NCBI GenBank assembly: GCA_965279525.1
Contig: CBDIIB010000004.1
Location: 864,001 to 928,000, forward strand
From: Tagaea sp.
GTDB lineage: Bacteria; Pseudomonadota; Alphaproteobacteria; CACIAM-22H2
Length of the DNA: 64,000 nt
Reading direction: 5' to 3'
Of the stretch, positions 40,576-49,582 are shown one piece after another. The notes beneath the pieces are model-generated. The model was not told where the DNA came from. It worked only from the letters and a program-made list of their open reading frames with translations, and searched no databases. Position numbers and translations under genes: made by a program. The stretch's first letter is position 1. Each line of letters opens with the position of its first letter.

Positions 40576-41634
40576 CTAGACCGGCGTGCCGGTCAGGTCG
40601 CCGGTATCCTTCTGGCGGCCCAGCAGATAGTAGTCGAGTGTCTTTCGCAGTGCCGTCCGCAGATCGGTCTTCGGTGTCCACCCCAGATATTTGCGCGCGT
40701 TCTCGATTGCCGGGACGCGGACCTGGATATCCTCGTAGCCCTTGCCGTAGTAGCCATCGGGATCCACGTCGACGAGCTTGATGCGGGACTTCACGTCCGC
40801 ATAGCCGTCATAGTCCTTGATCACGTCGAGAAGGATCTCCGCAAGTTCGCGCATGGAGAAGTCGTTGCGCGGATCGCCGATATTGAAAATCCGGTTGTCA
40901 GCGCAGCCTTCGTCGTTGGCGATGATTTTCGCAAGCGCGTCCATCGCGTCGTCGATATAGAGGAAGCAGCGCCGCTGTGCGCCGCCGGCGACGAGGCTGA
41001 TGTTCTCCCCGCGCACGATGTTGCCGACAAACTGCGTGAGCACGCGCGAGGAGCCCTCTTTCGCAGCCCAGATGTTGTCGAGCTTCGGTCCGATCCAGTT
41101 GAACGGGCGGAATAGCGTATAGCGCAATTCGTTCTTCGATCCGTAGGCGTAGATGACGCGGTCGAGGAGCTGCTTGGAGCACGAATAGATCCAGCGCTGC
41201 TTGTGGATCGGCCCGAGAACGAAGTTCGACGATTCCTCGTCGAACGGCGTATCGGTCGACATGCCGTAGACTTCCGAGGTCGACGGGAACAGCACGCGCT
41301 TGCCGTACTTCACGCAGTCGCGGACGATCGCGAGATTCGCCTCGAAATCGAGTTCGAAGACTTTCAGCGGCTGCTGGACATAGGTGATTGGTGTGGCGAT
41401 CGCGACGAGCGGCAGGACCACGTCGCACTTCTTGACGTGGTACTCGACCCACTCGCGGTTGATCGTGATGTCGCCTTCGACGAAGCTGAACCGCGGATTG
41501 CCGAGGCAGTCCTCGATCTTGTCCTTCTGGATGTCCATCCCGTAGACCGACCAGTCAGTGGTCTTCAAGATGCGTTCGGACAGGTTGGAGCCGACGAAGC
41601 CGTTGACGCCAAGAATAAGGACTTTGAGACCCAA
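40576..41634 (-). CDS. arnA: UDP-glucuronic acid oxidase/decarboxylase (stand-alone ArnA C-terminal domain)
   Basis: VLILGVNGFVG, EWVEYHVKKCDVVLPLVAIATP, FPSTSEVYG, RWIYSCSKQLLDRVI. Confidence 0.9.
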   Translation of the reverse strand: MGLKVLILGVNGFVGSNLSERILKTTDWSVYGMDIQKDKIEDCLGNPRFSFVEGDITINREWVEYHVKKCDVVLPLVAIATPITYVQQPLKVFELDFEANLAIVRDCVKYGKRVLFPSTSEVYGMSTDTPFDEESSNFVLGPIHKQRWIYSCSKQLLDRVIYAYGSKNELRYTLFRPFNWIGPKLDNIWAAKEGSSRVLTQFVGNIVRGENISLVAGGAQRRCFLYIDDAMDALAKIIANDEGCADNRIFNIGDPRNDFSMRELAEILLDVIKDYDGYADVKSRIKLVDVDPDGYYGKGYEDIQVRVPAIENARKYLGWTPKTDLRTALRKTLDYYLLGRQKDTGDLTGTPV

Positions 41635-41675
41635 GGGGACCGACTCCCGCGAGACAGGATATGACGCGGGCGGTT

Positions 41676-42581
41676 CTAGCCGATCCGGGTGCCCGCCGCC
41701 AGTCCCAGCACACCAGACTCGACCCGAGGGCCGTCCTCGAAGCTCCAGCGCAGCAGTTCCACGGCACCCTCGCCTGCCGCGACGACGGGCTGCGGCCCGT
41801 CCACGAGGACCGTCCCGGGTGAGGCGGAACCGGCCACGACTCGCGCGCGCCAGACGAACAGCCGGCGCCCGCCGGCGCCGCTGAACGCCCCCGGATAGGG
41901 CTCCGCGACCGCACGGACGAGGTTCACGACGCGCGCCGCGGGCCAGCTCCAGTCGATCCGCCCGTCCTCGGGCCGGCGACCGCCGAAATAGGTCGCGTGG
42001 CTCTCGTCCTGCGCCGTGCGCGGCGCCGTTCCCGCGAGAAGCCCGTCGATCTGTCGTGCAAGGACGACGCGGGCGGCGTCGACAACCCCAGTCATCGCCT
42101 CGTAGGCGGTCTGCTCGGGGGCTACGGAAACGGCCTCGGCATCAACGATGTCCCCGGCGTCCGCGCGCTTGACCATGTGATGGAGCGTGACGCCCACCTG
42201 CGTCTCGCCGTTGAGGATCGCCCAGTTGACCGGCGCGCGCCCCCGATAGCGGGGCAACAGGGAGCCATGCATGTTGAACGCGCCGAACTTCGCATGTGCA
42301 AGAATGCGCGACGGGATCATGCGCCGGTAGTAGCAGGAAAGAATGATATCCGGCGCGATCGCTGCGATGCGCGCTTCGACGGCGGGACCGTCCTTGATCT
42401 CGGCCGTGACAGTTTCCACACCGGCGGCACGCGCGCGCTGTGCGACCGAGCGGAACCACTTCGCTTCGCCCGGATCGTCTTCGTGCGTGACGACGAGACG
42501 CACGTCGCGCCCCTGCGAAAGCAGCAGATCGAGACACACGAAGCCGACGTCGGAATAGCCGAACAGGACGATGCCGGACAT
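41676..42581 (-). CDS. arnA: UDP-L-Ara4N formyltransferase (stand-alone ArnA N-terminal domain)
   Basis: FNMHGSLLPRYRGRAPVNW, LHHMVKRADAG, YFGGRRPEDGRIDW, RAVAEPYPGAF. Confidence 0.88.
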   Translation of the reverse strand: MSGIVLFGYSDVGFVCLDLLLSQGRDVRLVVTHEDDPGEAKWFRSVAQRARAAGVETVTAEIKDGPAVEARIAAIAPDIILSCYYRRMIPSRILAHAKFGAFNMHGSLLPRYRGRAPVNWAILNGETQVGVTLHHMVKRADAGDIVDAEAVSVAPEQTAYEAMTGVVDAARVVLARQIDGLLAGTAPRTAQDESHATYFGGRRPEDGRIDWSWPAARVVNLVRAVAEPYPGAFSGAGGRRLFVWRARVVAGSASPGTVLVDGPQPVVAAGEGAVELLRWSFEDGPRVESGVLGLAAGTRIG

Positions 42582-42588
42582 TCCGAGG

Positions 42589-43533
42589 CTACTCGGACTT
42601 TTCGTGGATGGCGCGGATCTGGAAGCGCGGCCGCTTGCGCACCTCGCGATAGATGCGCCCGACATACTCGCCCACGAGGCCAAGACCGGTGATGACGACC
42701 CCGACGAGGAAATAGAGGATCGCGAACAGAGTGAACAGGCCCTCGGCCTCGGGGCCGATGATTATCCGGCGAAGCACCATATAGACGACGAGAAGCACCG
42801 ACAGCGCCGTGATCAGCATGCCGACAATCGTGAAGATCTGCAGCGGCACGACCGAAAATCCGGTCATCAGGTCGAAATTGAGCCTGACGAGTTTGTAGAG
42901 ATCGTACTTGCTCTCGCCCGCCGCGCGCGCCGCATGCTCGACCTCGACTTCTGCCGGATTCGACGCGAAGTACTGCGCAAGTGCGGGAATGAATGTGGCC
43001 TGCTCGCCGGTCGCGACGATCTGCTGGACCACGCCACGCCGGTAGGCGCGCAGCATGCAGCCCTGGTCGGTCATGCGGATGCCGGTGATGCGCTCACGCA
43101 CGAAATTCATCGCCCGCGAGGCATAGACGCGCCAGCCGACATCCTGCCTGTTCTTTCGGATCGAGCCGACGACGTCGTGGCCGGCGTCGATCGCGGCAAG
43201 CAGCTTCGGGATTTCCTCGGGCGGGTTCTGCAGGTCTGCGTCGATCGTGATGACGGTATCGCCGCGAACCCGCTCGAACGCCGCCATGATGGCCATGTGC
43301 TGGCCCGCGTTGCGTTCGAATTCGATCACCCGCACCGCGTCGGGGCGGGCCACATGGAGCTCACGCAGGATCGCCATCGATCCGTCGCGGCTGCCGTCGT
43401 CGGTGAAGATCACTTCCCACGGCTTGCCGAGCGCATCGAGCGTCATGGCCAGCCGCGCGAACAGCGGCCGCAGATTTGCTTCTTCGTTGTAGACGGGTAC
43501 GACGATCGTGACGGCGGGAAGCGGGGTATTCAT
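42589..43533 (-). CDS. arnC: Undecaprenyl-phosphate Ara4FN transferase (GT2)
   Basis: VVPVYNEE, DDGSRD, NAGQHMAI, DADLQNPPEEIP, two C-terminal TMs, GEYVGRIY. Confidence 0.88.
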   Translation of the reverse strand: MNTPLPAVTIVVPVYNEEANLRPLFARLAMTLDALGKPWEVIFTDDGSRDGSMAILRELHVARPDAVRVIEFERNAGQHMAIMAAFERVRGDTVITIDADLQNPPEEIPKLLAAIDAGHDVVGSIRKNRQDVGWRVYASRAMNFVRERITGIRMTDQGCMLRAYRRGVVQQIVATGEQATFIPALAQYFASNPAEVEVEHAARAAGESKYDLYKLVRLNFDLMTGFSVVPLQIFTIVGMLITALSVLLVVYMVLRRIIIGPEAEGLFTLFAILYFLVGVVITGLGLVGEYVGRIYREVRKRPRFQIRAIHEKSE

Positions 43534-43538
43534 GGGCC

Positions 43539-43907
43539 TCAGGTGCGCGAAAGGAGCCAGACGCCGAAACATATCACGGCAATGCCCGCGATCCGCGTCG
43601 GCGTCAAGTTCTCGCCGAACAGCCACCAGGCCGCGAGCGCGTTGACGACGTAGCCGATCGAAAGCATCGGATAGGCGAGACTGACCTCGACGCGCGACAG
43701 CACCAGAATCCAGACTCCGACGCTGACGACATAGCAGAGCAGGCCGAGCGCCACGAACGGGTTGGTGCCGACCTGCCAGCCGATCGGCAGGGCATTGGCG
43801 AGCGCGAATTCGAACTCGCCAATCTGGCGCATGCCCTGTTTCAAGGCGAGCTGCGCGACCGCGTTCAGCAGCACTCCAAACAGTATTATCGGCAAGTACT
43901 GAAGCAT
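43539..43907 (-). CDS. Undecaprenyl-P-Ara4N flippase (ArnE/ArnF/ArnG-like small DMT protein)
   Basis: 4 TMs, AQLALK, LSRVEVSLAYPMLSIGY, FGENLT; operon context. Confidence 0.82.
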   Translation of the reverse strand: MLQYLPIILFGVLLNAVAQLALKQGMRQIGEFEFALANALPIGWQVGTNPFVALGLLCYVVSVGVWILVLSRVEVSLAYPMLSIGYVVNALAAWWLFGENLTPTRIAGIAVICFGVWLLSRT

Positions 43908-43914
43908 CCGGCCC

Positions 43915-45633
43915 CTACTCCACCCGGTTGGTCGCAAGCACGTGGCGGGACGTGCGGGCGATCTCGCGATAGCGCGGCACCGCAGTCGGCCGGACCGTCG
44001 CTTCGAAATGCAGCGGGATGATCATATAGACCGTCCCTTCGCCGTGCCAGCGCCGCCAGAGTTCGGCTTCGTCGTCAAACATCCATGCTTGCGTCGCCGG
44101 TTCTATCTGCCGGCCAAAATCGAGCTCGCCGGACCAACCGACCACCGAGATTCGCCGGTTGAGATAGACCGGAAGGTCCTGCGGATATGTGCGATAGGCG
44201 ATGATCTCGTCGCCTGGCGCAATGCGCGACGCGATCTCCCGTGCCAGAGGCTTTATCGACCGCGGCTGGAACTGTGCCATCGATGTGTCGACACCTTGGA
44301 AGAAGGTGGCGGCAGCCACTACAGCGACCAGGAAGGCCAGGCCCGGACCGCGCCTGCGCAGCGCCCAGGCAATCGAGAAAGCCGCGACAGTCGCACCCAG
44401 ACAGAGCCATCCCATCATCGGGCGCGCGCGTTCGATCTCATCCGTCAAATCGGCCGGGGCCAGGCGTGCGCCGGCAATGCCGACGACGAGCGCTACGAGT
44501 GCGACCAGTGCTGCAGCACCTGCCACGACCCACAAACCGATCTGCAGGCCAGGCCATTCGGCCGGTGCCTCGAACGCCAGAGAAAGGTACCGGCCGATGA
44601 AGATCGCCAGTGGAATCATCATTGGCGTCACGTATGGCACCAGCTTGGAATCTGACGCGGAGAAGAACAGCAGAATCAGCCAGAACCAGAGCGCCAGGAA
44701 CAGCTCCGCCTGCCCGTCCGGCGTACGCGACAGGATCCGCTGGATATTGCGCCACAGCGCCTGAAACAGAAATCCGATCCACGGGAAGACGCCGGCAGTG
44801 AGGATCGCCACGAAGAACCACCATGGCTGCGCACGACCATGCACGGTCGACGTGAAGCGGTCCCAGTGCTCGCGTATGAAATAGAAATGGAAAAACTCCG
44901 GTGTCTGCATCCCGACGGCGATATGCCATGGCACCGTGATCACCAGGAACAGCGCAAGTCCCGACAGCAGCCGGACTTCGAGGAGCAGCCGCCAGTTCCA
45001 GGTCAACACGATCCACGCGCCGATGACGAGGCCCGGAAGGACGACGCCGATCAGGCCCTTCGTCAAGGTGGCCGCAGCCGCCGCGATATACATCGTGTAG
45101 AGCCACGCGTTCCGTGCGCGGCTGCCGAACGGCTCGCGGACCGCGAACAGGAAGGCGAGCAGACTGAGCGACAGGAACACGCCGACGGGAACGTCGAGCA
45201 GGATGATGCGCGAAAGCGTGAACCAGATCAGCGTCGTCGCCAAAACGATCGCTGCCAGAATCCCCGTCATCCGGTCGAACAGCTTGCGACCGGCGACATA
45301 CGCGAGCAGGCAGCCCGCAAGCGCGAACAGCGACGTCGTCAGACGCAGCGCGAACTCCGACAGTCCGAACGCATGGATCGACAGTGCCTCGATCCAATAG
45401 AACAAAGGGGGTTTGAAGAAATACTTGATGCCGTTGATACGCGGCGTGATCCAGTCGCCGCTGGCGACGATTTCGCGAGCGAGTTCGGCGTACCTGGCTT
45501 CGCTCGGCACTGCCAACGGCCGATGGCCGAGAAACAGCAGGAAAAACCCGCCGATGACGGCCGTCAGGACCGCCAGATCGCGGATCCAGGCGGCACGCGC
45601 TTGCGCAGGGTCGGTGGAATGAGCGAAAAGCAT
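43915..45633 (-). CDS. arnT: L-Ara4N lipid A transferase (GT83/PMT family)
   Basis: EARYAELAREIV, GDWITP, YFFKPPLFYW, TLTKGLIG, FFSASDSKLVPY. Confidence 0.85.
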   Translation of the reverse strand: MLFAHSTDPAQARAAWIRDLAVLTAVIGGFFLLFLGHRPLAVPSEARYAELAREIVASGDWITPRINGIKYFFKPPLFYWIEALSIHAFGLSEFALRLTTSLFALAGCLLAYVAGRKLFDRMTGILAAIVLATTLIWFTLSRIILLDVPVGVFLSLSLLAFLFAVREPFGSRARNAWLYTMYIAAAAATLTKGLIGVVLPGLVIGAWIVLTWNWRLLLEVRLLSGLALFLVITVPWHIAVGMQTPEFFHFYFIREHWDRFTSTVHGRAQPWWFFVAILTAGVFPWIGFLFQALWRNIQRILSRTPDGQAELFLALWFWLILLFFSASDSKLVPYVTPMMIPLAIFIGRYLSLAFEAPAEWPGLQIGLWVVAGAAALVALVALVVGIAGARLAPADLTDEIERARPMMGWLCLGATVAAFSIAWALRRRGPGLAFLVAVVAAATFFQGVDTSMAQFQPRSIKPLAREIASRIAPGDEIIAYRTYPQDLPVYLNRRISVVGWSGELDFGRQIEPATQAWMFDDEAELWRRWHGEGTVYMIIPLHFEATVRPTAVPRYREIARTSRHVLATNRVE

Positions 45634-45703
45634 GAGGTCTTGGGGCGTTTAACCGCCCCCTCCGAGTACTTCAACCGATTTCTTCAGCCGGTGACACCTG
45701 ACC

Positions 45704-46231
45704 ATGTCCCTCGTCCCCAAGGAAACCCTCCATTCCGCCGCCGAGATCGCCGCCCGCGTTGAAGCTCTTGCGGGCGAGATCGCCGTCGCCCTGCCACGCG
45801 AGTTTACGATCATCTCGATCCTAAATGGCGCTTTTGTGTTCACGGCCGATCTGATGCGTGCGCTTGCCAAGCGCAATGTCCATCCGAAGGTCGAGTTCGT
45901 GAACCTGAAGAGCTATGGGGACGCGACGACGAGCTCGGGACAGGTCCGGGTGACCGGTACATTGCCTGAGGATCTGCGAGGCCAGCCGGTCCTCCTGATC
46001 GACGACATCCTCGACTCGGGACGTACACTCAGTTTCGCCAAGTCGCTGCTCGAGGGTCTCGGCGGATCGCCCGTGAAGATCGCGGTCTTCGCCGACAAGC
46101 CGTCGCGCCGCGTCGTGCCGATCAATGCCGATTTCGTCGCCTTCACGATTCCGGACCGCTTCGTCGTCGGCTACGGGCTCGATCATGCCCAACAATGGCG
46201 GGGACTTCCCGATCTCGCGGCGGTCGACTAG
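45704..46231 (+). CDS. hpt: Hypoxanthine phosphoribosyltransferase
   Basis: ILNGAFVFTADL, SYG..TTSSG, LLIDDILDSGRTL, FVVGYGLD. Confidence 0.9.
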   Translation: MSLVPKETLHSAAEIAARVEALAGEIAVALPREFTIISILNGAFVFTADLMRALAKRNVHPKVEFVNLKSYGDATTSSGQVRVTGTLPEDLRGQPVLLIDDILDSGRTLSFAKSLLEGLGGSPVKIAVFADKPSRRVVPINADFVAFTIPDRFVVGYGLDHAQQWRGLPDLAAVD

Positions 46232-47136
46232 CGCCGGAACAACGCCAGAACGCGCCCGTCGACGATCGCAAGGCCGACAGCGATCATCGCGAAGCCGGCG
46301 AGCGCGACGGGCTCCGGACGCTCGTCGAGGAACAGGCTTCCAAGCAACATGGCGCTTGGCGGGATCAGCATCGTGACGAGCGAAGCATTGCCCGCCCCAG
46401 AGCGCTGCATAAGCCGGAAATAGACAAGATAGGCGAATGCCGTGGAGAACAGCGCCAGAGCGAGTATTGCGGCGACCGTCGCATGACCTGGCATCGGCAG
46501 CGACCAAGGCCGATCGACAAGACAGGCAAGCACCACGGCAGCCGGTGCAGCACAGATGAACTGCCCGCTCGCGACCACGCTGCCGTCCATTCCCCGGAAT
46601 CGACGCGCCCAAATCAATGCGAACCCATAGCTGATCGTCGCGAGAACGCATGCGAGTTGCGAAAGGACGGATATGCCGATGCCCGCAAGGGCTTCCGGGC
46701 CGACAAGGACGACAACTCCGGCAAAGCCGATCAGCACGCCCGTCGAGCGCCTGACGTTCATCCGCTCGTCGGTTGTCAGGAAATGCGCGAGCATGATCGT
46801 CCAAAGCGGCGTCGCCGCATTCAGGATCGCCGCTAGCCCCGCCGATATCTCGCGCTGCCCCCAGGCAATCAGCACGAACGGGACAAGTGTGTTGAGCAAC
46901 GCCAGTAAGCCGAACCCCCGCCAGAGCGCCGGATCGCGTGGCAGTGCCAGTCCCTTCAGCCGGAGTATGACGACCAGGAACGCGCCGCCGATCACGACCC
47001 GCAAAGCGACGATGGTTACCGGCGGCAACTCGGCGAGTGCAACCTTCACATAGAGAAACGAACCTCCCCAAAGCACCGAGAGAACAAGCAGCATCGCCCA
47101 TGCCGCTGCGTCGAGTTTGGGAGGCATATTGTCCAT
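46228..47136 (-). CDS. EamA/DMT family transporter
   Basis: LWGGSF, about 10 TMs, AAILNAATP, STAFAYLVYF. Confidence 0.88.
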   Translation of the reverse strand: MDNMPPKLDAAAWAMLLVLSVLWGGSFLYVKVALAELPPVTIVALRVVIGGAFLVVILRLKGLALPRDPALWRGFGLLALLNTLVPFVLIAWGQREISAGLAAILNAATPLWTIMLAHFLTTDERMNVRRSTGVLIGFAGVVVLVGPEALAGIGISVLSQLACVLATISYGFALIWARRFRGMDGSVVASGQFICAAPAAVVLACLVDRPWSLPMPGHATVAAILALALFSTAFAYLVYFRLMQRSGAGNASLVTMLIPPSAMLLGSLFLDERPEPVALAGFAMIAVGLAIVDGRVLALFRR

Positions 47137-47201
47137 CGATCACATGCTATCGGCCGACAGGCCCCCTGCCCACCCGATACTTGCGCCGAGACATTGATGG
47201 T

Positions 47202-47570
47202 TCAGTCGACGACGATGCCGCGTCGCGCGACCGCCTCCCGGAACTCCGAGAGCAATCCGGCAAGCTCCGCGATCACATCCGGATCGTGACGATATCCGCC
47301 GCTCTCGATCGTCTCCTCGAGGCTGGCGGCACGCTTGGCCAGTGCGCGTGCACCAAAGCTAGCGGCAGCGCTCTTGAGCGAGTGAACCTCTCGATGGAGC
47401 TGTCCGCCTTCGCCGCCAGCCGCACCTTCCTGCGAAAGTCGAGAGAAGGCGCCCAGCCGCTTTTCCGCCTCGCCATAGAAGGTCTTCAAGAGGCGCGGGA
47501 GTACGGACGCGCCAATCTCCTCGGTCAGTTGATCGAGACTTGACCAGTCGATCGGCGAGTTCAGCGACAC
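47202..47570 (-). CDS. Stand-alone Hpt (histidine phosphotransfer) domain protein
   Basis: HSLKSAAASFGA phospho-His motif; GTG start after AGGAGG. Confidence 0.8.
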   Translation of the reverse strand: MSLNSPIDWSSLDQLTEEIGASVLPRLLKTFYGEAEKRLGAFSRLSQEGAAGGEGGQLHREVHSLKSAAASFGARALAKRAASLEETIESGGYRHDPDVIAELAGLLSEFREAVARRGIVVD

Positions 47571-47578
47571 GCCGCCTC

Positions 47579-48787
47579 CTACCGGGCGGCCGCGGCGACC
47601 GGCTTGGCGGCAGACTCCGCGAGATAGTCCATCGCCGCCTGAGCGCCGCCCTTCCGATGGGGAACGCCAGCGAGGGAAAGTCCCATCTCGACACCCGAAA
47701 GCGTTCCCATCAGCATCAGATCGTTGAAGCTGCCGAGATGACCGATGCGGAAGACCTTTCCGGCAACCTTGGACAGGCCGGCTCCGAGCGACATGTCGAA
47801 CGCACCGAGGACAAGCTTGCGGAAGCGGTCGGCGTCGTGGCCGGCCGGCATCAGCAGTGCGGTGAGGGCGCTGGAATATTCCCTCGGCTCGAGGCACAGG
47901 ATTTCGAGCCCCCAAGCACGCGCGGCACGGCGGGTCGCTTCCGCGTGGCGGTCATGGCGCTTGAAAACTTGATCGAGACCTTCCTCGCTCATCATGTCGA
48001 GCGCCTCGGAAAGTCCATAAAGCAGGTTCGTCGCCGGCGTGTAGGGGAAGTAGCCGGTCGCATTCGAAGCGATCATCTCGTCCCAACCCCAGAAGGAGCG
48101 TGTCAGTTTCGCCGTTCTGGTGGCCTCGAGCGCCTTGGCGGACACGGCATTGAACGACAGGCCGGGCGGCAACATCAGCCCCTTCTGCGATCCGGCAACG
48201 GTCACGTCCACGCCCCAGTCGTCATGACGGTAGTCAATCGATCCAAGGGAGGAAATCGTGTCGACCATCAACAGGGCTGGATGCTTGGCACGATCCATCG
48301 CGGCCCGGATCTCACCGACGCGCGTCGTGCAGCCAGTCGACGTCTCGTTATGGACAATCAGTACGGCCTTCACCTGGTGCCCCCTGTCGGCGGCCAATTT
48401 GGCCTCGACGGCGGCCGGATCGACACCGTGACGCCAATCGCCTTCGACGAAGTCGACCGCAAGCCCGAGTTTCTCGGCCATCTTGCGCCACAACGTGGCG
48501 AAGTGGCCGGTCTCGAACATCAGAACCTTGTCACCGGGTGAAAGCGTGTTGACGAGGGCCGCTTCCCAGGCGCCGGTCCCCGATGCCGGAAAGATGATCA
48601 CGTGGCTTTTGGTCTTGAAGATCGCCTTCATTCCGGCAAGCACCTTCTTGCCAAGTTCGCCGAACTCCGGTCCCCGATGGTCGATCGTCGGATTGTCGAT
48701 CGCGCGCAGGACACGATCGGGGACGTTCGTGGGACCCGGAATCTGCAGGAAATGACGGCCGCTTGGGGCGAAGCTCAGCTTCAGCAT
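47579..48787 (-). CDS. sgaA: Serine--glyoxylate aminotransferase-like class V PLP aminotransferase
   Basis: HFLQIPGPTN, ASGTGAWEAA, VHNETSTG, DTISS, GSQKGLMLPPG, FRIGHLG. Confidence 0.85.
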   Translation of the reverse strand: MLKLSFAPSGRHFLQIPGPTNVPDRVLRAIDNPTIDHRGPEFGELGKKVLAGMKAIFKTKSHVIIFPASGTGAWEAALVNTLSPGDKVLMFETGHFATLWRKMAEKLGLAVDFVEGDWRHGVDPAAVEAKLAADRGHQVKAVLIVHNETSTGCTTRVGEIRAAMDRAKHPALLMVDTISSLGSIDYRHDDWGVDVTVAGSQKGLMLPPGLSFNAVSAKALEATRTAKLTRSFWGWDEMIASNATGYFPYTPATNLLYGLSEALDMMSEEGLDQVFKRHDRHAEATRRAARAWGLEILCLEPREYSSALTALLMPAGHDADRFRKLVLGAFDMSLGAGLSKVAGKVFRIGHLGSFNDLMLMGTLSGVEMGLSLAGVPHRKGGAQAAMDYLAESAAKPVAAAAR

Positions 48788-48811
48788 AGGGCGCTCCTCG
48801 TTTTGTGAGTT

Positions 48812-48874
48812 TGGTATACAATTTAAAAATAGCGCCGTCAATAGTCGTGACTTCGCCATTTTTCTTGTATACCA
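48812..48874. promoter_or_regulatory. Pair of inverted GntR/FadR-type boxes (TGGTATACAA / TTGTATACCA)
   Basis: 48812-48821 and 48865-48874 are exact reverse complements with a GTATAC core, between divergent sgaA and gntR. Confidence 0.65.
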
Positions 48875-48881
48875 TGTTTTT

Positions 48882-49568
48882 ATGCCAGACGATTCAAGGC
48901 CCGCCGAGCGCATGACCCTGCCGCAAAACGCGGCCGAGCGCTTGCGCCAAATGATTCTGGATGGCGATCTTGCTCCCGCCGTGCGCCTCAACGAGCGCGT
49001 CCTGTGCGACCGGCTTGGCATCTCACGTACGCCTCTGCGTGAAGCACTGCGCGCCCTGGCGGCCGAAGGGCTGGTGCGCATCGAGCCCAACCGCGGCGCC
49101 ATTGTCGCCCCGCTCGATCGCGCGGACATCGAAAGCACGTTCGAGGTGCTCGCCGCACTCGAAGGACTTGCCGGCGAACTCGCCGCGACGCGCATCACCG
49201 AATTCGAACTCGCCGAGATCAAGGCGTTGCATTACGAGATGCGCGCACACCATGCGCGCGGCGATCGCGCGGCCTATTTCGCTGCCAATCAGGCGATCCA
49301 CACGCGCATCGCCCGCGCTGGCGGCAACAGCGTGCTCGGCGAGACGTTCGAGAAACTGAACGCGCGCGTCAAGCGCGTACGTTACGCCGCCAATCTGTCG
49401 CCCCAGCGTTGGGACAAGGCAGTTGACGAGCACGAGCGCATGATCGCCGCCCTCGATGCGCGCGATGGCGCTGCACTGCGCGACATTCTCGAAGCCCATC
49501 TTGCCGGCAAGCGTGAATCCGTCCTTGCGGCATTTGCATCGGATACACGCGCCGAAGCCTACGACTGA
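48882..49568 (+). CDS. GntR (FadR/FCD) transcriptional regulator
   Basis: LNERVLCDRLGISRTPLREAL HTH, C-terminal FCD with EHERMI. Confidence 0.9.
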   Translation: MPDDSRPAERMTLPQNAAERLRQMILDGDLAPAVRLNERVLCDRLGISRTPLREALRALAAEGLVRIEPNRGAIVAPLDRADIESTFEVLAALEGLAGELAATRITEFELAEIKALHYEMRAHHARGDRAAYFAANQAIHTRIARAGGNSVLGETFEKLNARVKRVRYAANLSPQRWDKAVDEHERMIAALDARDGAALRDILEAHLAGKRESVLAAFASDTRAEAYD

Positions 49569-49582
49569 CCGGAGACAATCCC

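Noticed and set aside
47579-49222. N-terminally extended ORF-track versions of sgaA, frmA, SapC, LivM, SpeD and SpeE
   Set aside because: The extensions overlap neighbouring genes; internal starts with SD sequences or stop/start overlaps match family lengths
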